Positions 10,114 to 18,818 of a stretch of 64,000 nt of DNA are shown piece after piece. A model generated the notes under the pieces. That model was not told the origin of the DNA, searched no databases, and saw nothing but the letters and a program-made list of their open reading frames with translations. This stretch comes from a virus (Duplodnaviria; Caudoviricetes): the IMG/VR virus record IMGVR_UViG_2910903598_000004, positions 55,964-119,963 of that record, one strand, 5' to 3'. Positions within the stretch are counted from its first letter, which is position 1, and each line of letters starts with the position of its first letter. Position numbers and translations under genes: made by a program.

Positions 10114-10661
10114 TCTTCTTCTCTCCTTTTGTATTCCATAAATTCTTTGACTTCTTCTTCCGTCATAAGCATGGCACTTTCTGATAATTCTTGAATATGA
10201 TTCCCTATATTGTCAATCATTCTTCTTGGAATAGGTTTATTTGGAAGTATGGATTCTATCCAAAGATTCCATAACATATATTCTGAAGGATTGCACAAAG
10301 TATTATTTCTTATTAACAATGCATACTTGATCGCTCCATCACATTGTATATCAATAAGTGCTTTTCCATCATTATCATCTTTCCAATAATCTCCATATTT
10401 ATTTAAAATATCAGTAATGATAACAACGTCGCCCAGATCATATTTTGTACCAAGAATACGGATAAATTCTTTTTGATTCCATAATAAATATTGCCCAAAA
10501 CCACAATTATTTAGATCCAAATGTTTTTTTAGCCATTCAATTGTATGGTATACTATACTAATCATTTGATCCCCACAATTCCATTTATAATATCTTGCGA
10601 CAATCTCTTTTTCTCCGGGGTTCTTTTCAAATCTTACAAAAATCTGTGATCTCTGCCCCAT
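10110..10661 (-). CDS. Hypothetical protein (likely start MGQRSQIFVR)
   Basis: GAAAGGAG RBS before ATG at 10661; the longer track ORF extends into the leader repeat. Confidence 0.7.
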   Translation of the reverse strand: MGQRSQIFVRFEKNPGEKEIVARYYKWNCGDQMISIVYHTIEWLKKHLDLNNCGFGQYLLWNQKEFIRILGTKYDLGDVVIITDILNKYGDYWKDDNDGKALIDIQCDGAIKYALLIRNNTLCNPSEYMLWNLWIESILPNKPIPRRMIDNIGNHIQELSESAMLMTEEEVKEFMEYKRREEE

Positions 10662-10715
10662 AATTTTTCTCCTTTCCTTTTCTGTTGCAATTCTTTTAGT
10701 TTTATCAATTTTTTT

Positions 10716-10932
10716 CTCCTTTCTTTTGTAAAAATAAAAATGGGCATAAAAAGAAGCAGATACAAAATATCTGCTAAACTTTATGCCCAAATGATTGGTT
10801 ATGAAATTTCTATTGATTTTTTATCCTTAAAAAAGTTCAGAATTTTTCTGTTAAAACTCCAAAGTCTAATAAAAAATACATTAGTATTATATCATATTCC
10901 AAAAAAATTATAAAGATTTTGTCGCAAAAAAA
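10716..10932 (-). promoter_or_regulatory. Repeated operon leader, copy 2
   Basis: ~220-bp near-identical direct repeat of 3950-4168. Confidence 0.75.
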
Positions 10933-10972
10933 TAAGAGCAGACAAATATATGCCTGCCCCTTATTTTGATTA

Positions 10973-13900
10973 TTACGCACTCAATTTCTGATTTAATTCA
11001 GATAATCGTGCCTGTTTCTTAATTAATTCACTTTCATGAGGAAAATCAGGATTTAATTCCGTCTTTGCTGTAACAAATTTTCTGGATTCAAACTCTAATC
11101 TTCTCTTGAAAGTTTTTAATTCTTCCAATATTCCATATTCAATGATCTTATCAATCTGATACATGATATTCGTACTGCCACTGAATTCAAATTCATAGTC
11201 ATAATTACCACGAATAATCATTGTCTGATGACTGTAAACTGACTTTCTATCAAGAATAATATCAAATCCTTGATAGCTGGCAATCTTTCGTTCATTCTTA
11301 TAAGATGGTTGAATATTGTGGATTATTTTGTTAGCTTCTGCTCTTGTATCGGAATCATATTTATCTAAAACTTTGATATGGAAATCACCTGTATGATATT
11401 TTTTAGCAACTTCGATATCTTTTTCAATGTTTTCAATATTTTTCTTATACTGTTCAATTCTGTTTGGAGCAATCTTGCTAATATAAGACTCTAACTCGTA
11501 ATATTGATTTAAGAAATTGTTTTTCTGCATTTTTAATCGTTTTACTTGCTGCGTAAGTTCCATCTGTTCCTTGATTAATGGATTCCCACAGGCTGCTGCC
11601 TTAATTTCCGCAAACGATAATGTTAAATCATCTTCCTCCATACGTCTAGGAATGTTTTCTTCTGACAAAATCTGTCCAATATATCGCTGCTTGTTTTCCA
11701 CTGTCTGCCATAAATAAGAGTCAAAGGTATTTTTCGTTACATATCGGTAAATGTAAACTTCTTTATTAAAGTTACCCTGACGGATAATACGGCCGGACCT
11801 CTGTGTAAGATCTGACGGTCTCCATGGACAATCCAGATCATGTAAGGCAATCAATTTTTTCTGGAAGTTGCAACCAGTTCCCGCTTTATCTGTACTTCCT
11901 AATAATACACGAATAACACCTTCGTTTACCTTCTTGCAAAGATCAACTTTTTGTTTATTCGTTTTAGCACTATGGATAAAAGCAATTTCTCCTTCTGGAA
12001 TTCCCCTTTCTATTAATTTAGCCTTTACATCATCATAAACGTTAAACTCTCCTTTCTTTGGCGTTGATAAATCTAAGAAAATAACCTGAGTTTTTCCAGG
12101 ATATTTCTCATAAATATCCATGACCTGATTCACACAATATTTTGCTTTAGAATTAAAGTTTTCTTCCTCAATTCCAACCAGTCGCTGATCTAAAGCTAAT
12201 TTACGTCCTTCGTTTGTAACCTTGAGCATATTATCTTCTGATGGATCTACTCCACCGTCTCGAATGCGAGCTGCCCTGCTTGCCAAACCATCTACATATT
12301 TTTTCTGTTCATCAGAAGCATCAATGGAAATAGTCTCCATAACGGCATTCGGCACATCCATTTCTTTAATATCTTTGACCTTAATATCAGCCACTTCTTT
12401 AAAGATTGTTAATAACTCGGCCAATCCAACAAATCGTGTGAATCTTGTTCTGGCACGATACCCTGTTCCCTCCGGAGCAAGTTCCATGGCAGTCTTTGTT
12501 TCACCGAATGTCGATGCCCAGCTGTCGAATGAGTCAATGCCAAGTTCTTTTAAGGTATTTAACTGCAAATAGCGTTGCATTGTGTATACTTCTGCCATAC
12601 TATTTGACACGGGAGTACCGGTTAAGAATACAATACCTTTGTTTCGGCAATTTTCTTCCATGTACTGGCATTTCATGAACATATCAAAAGCTCTCTTTGA
12701 ATTACTGCTGGTATTGATACCTGCAATATTATTCATCTTCGTTGTTAACAGCAGATTCTTGTAATAATGTGCTTCATCAACGATCAGCTTAGTAACACCC
12801 AACTGATCAAAGTAAATTACATCATCTTTTCTCTTGCTATCTTGTAACTTTTCAAGCTTGACAGAAAGTTTTTTCTTGGAACTTTCGATATTTCGTACTG
12901 TAAAGTTCTGCTCAGCAGAGTCTAACAGCTTATCTAATTCTTCAATCTGTGCTTTAATATATTTTTCCTGATATTCAGGAGAAATCGGGATTTTTTGGAA
13001 TTGTGACTGAGCAATAATGATTGCATCGTATGATCCTGTCGCGATTTTAGAACAAAATTCTTTTCTCTTGGCCGGAGTAAAATCGTTCTCACTGGACACT
13101 AAAATGTTAGCACCAGGGAATAATTTCATGAATTCTTCTCCCCACTGGCCTACTAATGGATTTGGAACAACAAATAAGTTCTTTTCAGATAATTTTAATC
13201 GTTTGGCCACCATAATTGCTGCAATCGCAGTATATGTTTTTCCGTAGCCTACTTTGTGCCCAATTAGTGAATTGTCTTTAGAAAATAGAATCCTCATGAT
13301 TGCATCTTTTTGATGTTTATACAGTTTGATCTCGCTGTTCATATTTGGAACTTTTAAAAAGTCCCCATCAAATGTACGATACCTGATGGAATTAAATCTT
13401 TCATTATAAATGTTTTCAAGATCACAACGACGATCATAGCTCTTAAAGATCCAAGAATGAAATACTTCTCTGATCTCATCCTGTTTGCCCATCGCAAGCG
13501 TTGTCTCTTTTGAGTTTAATACTTCTTTCTTATTATCATTTTCATCACAAACCGTATCATAGACCTTTGCATCTTTTAAGTTTAAGCATTTTTCTAACAA
13601 AAGAAATCCATTAATTCGTTTTGTTCCATACGTAACCGCAGCTTTCTGGTTTGCAGAATCTCGATACCATTCGATATCCCAATGATCGGTCTCTTTAGTA
13701 TAAGTAACACTCATACCATTTCCATTAAAATATTCTCGTGGAGTGTCAAAAACCTCAACCAAGAAATCTTCAATGTAATGAGCAGGAATCCATGTTGCAC
13801 CAAGTTTTGCATCAATCTCTGCAGCTTTTAATGGCTCCGGCTGTGCTTCTTCCAATGCAGCGACATTGATATTATATTTTTTATCCTGTTTTGCTGCACA

Positions 13901-15796
13901 CTTTGCAAATTCCAATTTCTTTCGAACATTGCCTGATAAATATTCATCTTTCATGACATACTCTTCGGTTTCTGGATCTAAAAAGATCTGTCCTTGAAGT
14001 TCTTCAATGATATCTTTCTCTGCTTTGTCATAAATACTTTCCATAAAAGCAAAATCAATACATCCTTTTTCATTCAGTGAGCATAATAATGACTCCTGTG
14101 CTGTATTGACTTTATCTGGCACAGAATGAGGAACAATAGTTCTTTTTGTGAATATATCTGCCTTGCTTTTTAGCTTATTGTTTTCATCCAGATTTTCCAA
14201 AGAACAAAGGAGGTAATAACTATCATCTTCCTGAAATGCTAATTTATTCCCTCTACTATGGATCAGTCCAAATTTTTTTTGAAACTTATCATAAGTCATA
14301 TTTAATTTCTTACGATATGGTTCAATCGATTCATCACTAACATCTTGCATTTCTTTAGAAATCAATTCCTTTAATACATTTCTTAATTCGATCATGGCTG
14401 CAATTCTTTTTGCGACCATTCCTGTATCCGGAATTTTTTTCATCATGGAATTCTTTCGGTAATAAATATGATCATTGTAAATTCCATAGGACATGTTACT
14501 AATGGAATCTACTGCCGGAACATATTCTTCATCGTTATTCTCAATTGTCTGACCTGGTTCATAAACATCTTTGAGATAACTTTCCAAATGAAAATTATCA
14601 ATACATGCTTTCCAGTCCATACCTTCTTTTTCCTTACATACAAAGCGTTTTCCGTATGGTCCACTTTCTTCCATCATACGTCCTAACATATGATTAAGAT
14701 GCGTGCCAAAATACATATTAGCTTCTTGTGCAATGTTTACCCATTCCGGTTCATCACCGACCGTCTGGTATCTTCTTTTCTGGAAAAATAAAATGTCTGT
14801 AGAAACCTTGGCTCCTGTCACTGCAAAAGCTGTTTCTGGAAGTCTGATGGCACATAAAAGATCAGCTTTTTTCGCTAACATCTTACGAATGCGGCTAGAT
14901 TTCTTGTCCATTGTACCTTTTGTGGTTATCATAGCAACAATTCCACCCGGTCGGGCAAGATCTAATGCTTTAAGAAAAAAGTAATCATGAATTAAGCATG
15001 AGCCGTACGTATTATCTGCTGCACTAAAATCGGAAAATGGTACATTTCCAATGATCAGATCAAAATAATTGTCTGGCAGATCAGCTTTTTCAAATGCACA
15101 ATTTTGAATATTGGCTTTCTGAAATAGCTGTTTTGCGATATTACAGCTCGTTTCCTCTAACTCAACACCGTACAAGTTTGAATCTTGTAATGTATCTGGA
15201 AGCATCCGATAGAAATTTCCTGTTCCCATGCAAGGATCAAGAATATTCAACTTCCCTTTGACTCCTATTTCAGATAGAATCTGATACATAAAGTTTATGA
15301 TTTTTTCATTTGTATAATAGGATGTTAAGATTGAAGACTTAATTCCCTTATATGTATTTTCTCCAACAAGGGTTTCTAACTGTACTTTCTTTTCCTCCAC
15401 TTCGAAATATGAAGACAATCCACCCCATCCTTCATAGCTTGACAAGATGGTTTGCTGATCTTCATCAGCATAATCGTCCAACCCAAGTAACATTTTTAAT
15501 GCTGCTAGATTGTTCTTCCATTTATCTTCCAAGCTCTTTGCGAACTGAATTGTTCTATGGAAGAAATTCTTTTTAGGCTTTTTTTCTTGTTTCTGTGTAT
15601 CTTGTTCATCTGTAGAAAACAAGTCGAAAATAGATGTTTGCGTTCCTGTCTCTACTGCTGTTATGTCAGCTGCAGCAATGCCACCTTCAGAAACTGTAAC
15701 ATTTTCTTCCTCAGTTTTAGTATTTTCAATGACAGAAGAAAACATATCAAAAATAGACATTTGCCCTTCCATCTGTTTATTTTTCTTTCTTCTCAT
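10973..15796 (-). CDS. Fused N6-adenine DNA methyltransferase + SF2/SNF2 helicase (DarB-like, typical of conjugative elements)
   Basis: ILDPCMGTGNF, IGNVPF (MTase); VGYGKT, VDEAH, TGTPVSNS, QRSGRIIRQGN (helicase). Confidence 0.9.
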   Translation of the reverse strand: MRRKKNKQMEGQMSIFDMFSSVIENTKTEEENVTVSEGGIAAADITAVETGTQTSIFDLFSTDEQDTQKQEKKPKKNFFHRTIQFAKSLEDKWKNNLAALKMLLGLDDYADEDQQTILSSYEGWGGLSSYFEVEEKKVQLETLVGENTYKGIKSSILTSYYTNEKIINFMYQILSEIGVKGKLNILDPCMGTGNFYRMLPDTLQDSNLYGVELEETSCNIAKQLFQKANIQNCAFEKADLPDNYFDLIIGNVPFSDFSAADNTYGSCLIHDYFFLKALDLARPGGIVAMITTKGTMDKKSSRIRKMLAKKADLLCAIRLPETAFAVTGAKVSTDILFFQKRRYQTVGDEPEWVNIAQEANMYFGTHLNHMLGRMMEESGPYGKRFVCKEKEGMDWKACIDNFHLESYLKDVYEPGQTIENNDEEYVPAVDSISNMSYGIYNDHIYYRKNSMMKKIPDTGMVAKRIAAMIELRNVLKELISKEMQDVSDESIEPYRKKLNMTYDKFQKKFGLIHSRGNKLAFQEDDSYYLLCSLENLDENNKLKSKADIFTKRTIVPHSVPDKVNTAQESLLCSLNEKGCIDFAFMESIYDKAEKDIIEELQGQIFLDPETEEYVMKDEYLSGNVRKKLEFAKCAAKQDKKYNINVAALEEAQPEPLKAAEIDAKLGATWIPAHYIEDFLVEVFDTPREYFNGNGMSVTYTKETDHWDIEWYRDSANQKAAVTYGTKRINGFLLLEKCLNLKDAKVYDTVCDENDNKKEVLNSKETTLAMGKQDEIREVFHSWIFKSYDRRCDLENIYNERFNSIRYRTFDGDFLKVPNMNSEIKLYKHQKDAIMRILFSKDNSLIGHKVGYGKTYTAIAAIMVAKRLKLSEKNLFVVPNPLVGQWGEEFMKLFPGANILVSSENDFTPAKRKEFCSKIATGSYDAIIIAQSQFQKIPISPEYQEKYIKAQIEELDKLLDSAEQNFTVRNIESSKKKLSVKLEKLQDSKRKDDVIYFDQLGVTKLIVDEAHYYKNLLLTTKMNNIAGINTSSNSKRAFDMFMKCQYMEENCRNKGIVFLTGTPVSNSMAEVYTMQRYLQLNTLKELGIDSFDSWASTFGETKTAMELAPEGTGYRARTRFTRFVGLAELLTIFKEVADIKVKDIKEMDVPNAVMETISIDASDEQKKYVDGLASRAARIRDGGVDPSEDNMLKVTNEGRKLALDQRLVGIEEENFNSKAKYCVNQVMDIYEKYPGKTQVIFLDLSTPKKGEFNVYDDVKAKLIERGIPEGEIAFIHSAKTNKQKVDLCKKVNEGVIRVLLGSTDKAGTGCNFQKKLIALHDLDCPWRPSDLTQRSGRIIRQGNFNKEVYIYRYVTKNTFDSYLWQTVENKQRYIGQILSEENIPRRMEEDDLTLSFAEIKAAACGNPLIKEQMELTQQVKRLKMQKNNFLNQYYELESYISKIAPNRIEQYKKNIENIEKDIEVAKKYHTGDFHIKVLDKYDSDTRAEANKIIHNIQPSYKNERKIASYQGFDIILDRKSVYSHQTMIIRGNYDYEFEFSGSTNIMYQIDKIIEYGILEELKTFKRRLEFESRKFVTAKTELNPDFPHESELIKKQARLSELNQKLSA

Positions 15797-15821
15797 AAAT
15801 TTAAAGGTCCTTTCTTATAAA

Positions 15822-15872
15822 CAAAAAAAGGCCGCCGCATCTCTGATTCTTAATCATTAATGCGACGGCCTT
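15822..15872 (-). terminator. Terminator/attenuator hairpin upstream of the helicase gene
   Basis: AAGGCCGTCGCAT...ATGCGGCGGCCTT followed by T-run. Confidence 0.6.
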
Positions 15873-15959
15873 CGTCTGAAATTCTATTATTATTTAGTTA
15901 AATTGTTATCTGAAATGTGAAAATGTAGAATTTCTCCTACATTCTACATAAAGTGTCGA

Positions 15960-16652
15960 TTATTTCCACTGAATCACAAATTTATCATCGGAATAATCTG
16001 TAGAAACTTCTCTCCAAAGACGTTCAAATTCTGAACATACATAAGGGAAAAATTTAGAATCTGGTAACCGTTCAATTGTATCTTCATACATTTTTTTCAG
16101 TTCTCCATCTTCTTCTCCATATCCTTCTACTTTTCCAGATGTATTTACCTGTAAAAAGTCACAACCACTTGCGTCTGCTTCCATGATGAAGCGATTGATT
16201 GTCTGGTAGGCAAAATGATTTAACCATAAGTCTACTTCTTTTTTAGGATCTGTTTTTTTTGTTTCAGATTTTTTCACACTTTTTTCTTTTACTGCACTTT
16301 CAACTTCTGATGAATTATTAATAATCTCTTCTTCATTAGTTTCTACTGCTTCTTTTTTACTAGCCTTATTTTTGGATAAAAATGTATTAAATAAACTTAC
16401 ATTCCCTAACCCTAATAAAGAGTTAACTGGTCCTCCAGTTAAAAATAAGAAAACTAATAATACAATTTTCCATTTCTCTGCTCCTTCTTTTCCTTCATTT
16501 CGATATAAAATATAGGAAATTAATAAGTTGCATAAAAATACTGAAAAGGATCCAATCATAAACACAATATCACCCAAAATAATTGCTTTTTGTAATGTTG
16601 TTGTTTGATTTTTAACCTTTAGTGTTGTTTCTTTCATTGTTTGTTCTTTCAT
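15960..16652 (-). CDS. Membrane protein (2 predicted TM segments)
   Basis: Two hydrophobic stretches at the N-terminus, charged linker, globular C-terminus. Confidence 0.7.
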   Translation of the reverse strand: MKEQTMKETTLKVKNQTTTLQKAIILGDIVFMIGSFSVFLCNLLISYILYRNEGKEGAEKWKIVLLVFLFLTGGPVNSLLGLGNVSLFNTFLSKNKASKKEAVETNEEEIINNSSEVESAVKEKSVKKSETKKTDPKKEVDLWLNHFAYQTINRFIMEADASGCDFLQVNTSGKVEGYGEEDGELKKMYEDTIERLPDSKFFPYVCSEFERLWREVSTDYSDDKFVIQWK

Positions 16653-16677
16653 TACTCATTCTCCTTAATATATATAA

Positions 16678-17532
16678 TTAATTATCTCCATTTTGCATAA
16701 AGTCATTTGGATCTGGTAAATTTCCATCTCCGTAAGGGTTATGAAACTCATCATCCTTCTCCGCTGCCATATTAAATGGATTTTCTTCCGGTGCAAGACC
16801 AGCAAACTCATTATTACTACTACTTGGCTGTTGATTTGATCTTTCAGAATTTTTTCTTCCAGAATTATTACTTCTTTGAGTTGAAGCATTTTTGCCAGTA
16901 TTAGATTGTGAATTCTGCTGATTTGAATTTGATGTTCTATTGGATGAATTCCCTGCTGATTGCTGCTGATTTCCTTCTTGTGCCATTGGCATTGTAGCTC
17001 TTTTTTTAGGCGGTACACTTGTACTTGTTTCAGTTGTGTTCTGCCCTTGCATCTCAGAATGCTGTCCTCTATTAGAGTTTCTTGATTCCTGATTCTGAGG
17101 ATTTGCATGGTTAGACTGCCTCTGCTGTCTTTTGCTTGAATTATTCTGATTTTGTTTCTGTGTATTTTGATTATTGTTCTGCTGATTTAGCTGATTCATT
17201 GGAATACATGTATTGGCCATGATTTGAAGCCCATACACTTTTCCATCTTCTCTGTCATAATTATTTGGTCTAAGCTCTCCTGAAACTTGCACATAAGATC
17301 CTTTTTTAACCTTATTAACCAATTCCATTGCCGTTTTCCCATAATTGACACAATTAAGATAGATTTTTTCATGAACTAACTGCTTCTTTTCTTTGTCTGG
17401 ATAATAATCTCTTCCTGTATAAATTTCAATACTATAATATAAAATCGTTCTGTTTGGATTTTCTTTATTCTCTTTATAAGCTGGTTCACGATTTACAGTT
17501 CCTGACACTGTGATTATGTTTAAGTCTCTCAT
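16678..17532 (-). CDS. ssb: Single-stranded DNA-binding protein with very long Q/N/S-rich tail
   Basis: N.ITVSGTV.REP, NCVNYGKTA, VKKGSYVQVSGELR..NY (OB fold); acidic end. Confidence 0.85.
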   Translation of the reverse strand: MRDLNIITVSGTVNREPAYKENKENPNRTILYYSIEIYTGRDYYPDKEKKQLVHEKIYLNCVNYGKTAMELVNKVKKGSYVQVSGELRPNNYDREDGKVYGLQIMANTCIPMNQLNQQNNNQNTQKQNQNNSSKRQQRQSNHANPQNQESRNSNRGQHSEMQGQNTTETSTSVPPKKRATMPMAQEGNQQQSAGNSSNRTSNSNQQNSQSNTGKNASTQRSNNSGRKNSERSNQQPSSSNNEFAGLAPEENPFNMAAEKDDEFHNPYGDGNLPDPNDFMQNGDN

Positions 17533-17575
17533 TTTTTCTCTTCCTTCCTTTATAATACAATGCATAAACATTCAG

Positions 17576-17866
17576 TTATTGCACCTGAATGATAAGTTTT
17601 CCTTCTTTTCGTTGTGTTTTTCGGTATTTATTCTTATATACTTCACATAACTCCTCAGAGTATTCATTATATATGCGACAAGCTTCTTCAATAGTTTCTA
17701 TGCTATGAAAGTTCTTACTTGTCGCCTGTGAAGATGTATAGATCAAACACACATCATATGTTACAGATCCGTTATCCCATATACATTCTTCTAATTGTAC
17801 TGTTCCTTCGGATAAGCTACGTTTTGCCACAACCTGTTTTGTCATTTGATTTTTTTCTCCTTTCAT
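17576..17866 (-). CDS. Hypothetical protein
   Basis: 96-aa ORF, likely start MTKQVV after GAAAGGAG. Confidence 0.6.
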   Translation of the reverse strand: MKGEKNQMTKQVVAKRSLSEGTVQLEECIWDNGSVTYDVCLIYTSSQATSKNFHSIETIEEACRIYNEYSEELCEVYKNKYRKTQRKEGKLIIQVQ

Positions 17867-17868
17867 AA

Positions 17869-17913
17869 AGGCAATAAAAAAACAGACAGTAATTTTTCTG
17901 TCTGTTTTTTGCC
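17869..17913 (-). terminator. Rho-independent terminator
   Basis: AAAAAACAGACAG...CTGTCTGTTTTTT inverted repeat. Confidence 0.65.
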
Positions 17914-17940
17914 TATATCTTTTCTTTATTTAATATGTTT

Positions 17941-18285
17941 TTATACGTGTACTTTTTGATTTTTTTTGATCTGTTCAAGTCTTTCTTTTGAGATTTTCAA
18001 GTATTTTAGAATCATCTCATCGGAAGCACCCTCTTCAATCATACCTAAAACAATCTCCATCTCTCTATCGTTACGTCCTTCTGTACGTCCTTCTATACGA
18101 CCCTCTTGTAGAAGTTCTTGATATCGAATTTCCATTGCTTTCACATCTTGCCTCCATTTCTGATCAGACATTGCTTTTCGAAATTGAGCTTCGATCATCT
18201 TACTTAATTGTAAGCTGTCTTCTTTAATAATCGGCTTTTCCAAATATCTGAGAGCATCTTGCAATTCCTTGGATACGTTGTGATA
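17941..18285 (-). pseudogene. C-terminal portion of an Rpn (PD-(D/E)XK, recombination-promoting nuclease) family protein
   Basis: VSKELQDALRYL...QKWRQDVKAMEIRYQELLQEGRIEGRTEGR...EIVLGMIEEG.SDE.I typical Rpn C-terminus; nuclease N-terminus absent. Confidence 0.6.
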
Positions 18286-18607
18286 CACCAAACGGGCAAC
18301 TAAAGTTGACCGCGGCTTCTTTACGAGGCAAATTACACCTCGATGGAAATACACGTTTCCATCTATTCCCTGTTACGGGAATTACTTTTCACTTATGCTG
18401 CCTTCTTTGCAGAATCATGCACATATTTCGACTTTCCAAAAAGTATCCGGTATTGAAGTCTGGTGTCCTTTCTGTAATAGCGTCTTGTTTTACTGGCAGA
18501 ACTCAGTTCATGTTTTTTACCATTATATAATTCCTTCGTAAATCATAGTTTCTTTCTCCTAATTATAGCATATTGATAGTTGCTTTTGTACTGTGTACGT
18601 TGATTTT

Positions 18608-18775
18608 CTCCTTTCTCAAAATAAAAAAGGACATAAAAATAAGCAGATATAAAATATCTGCTAAATTTACGCCCTTTGGGTTGATAATGTTCTATTTTAA
18701 TCGTTATTCTATAAAAAGTCCCAAGTATCCTAATACCGTCGGGAATCTAATAAAAATACAATAATATAATATCAT
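18608..18775 (-). promoter_or_regulatory. Repeated operon leader, diverged copy 3
   Basis: TGTATTTTTATTAGA-stem-ACTTTTTATAGAATAA and GGGCGTAAATTTAGCAGATATTTTATATCTGC...TTTATGTCC-T-run shared with copies 1 and 2. Confidence 0.65.
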
Positions 18776-18818
18776 AAATTATGTTAAATAACAACTGATA
18801 ACTACAAACAACCGTGGA

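Noticed and set aside
16665-17108. 147-aa alternative-frame ORF within ssb
   Set aside because: Explained by the low-complexity tail sequence; no independent evidence
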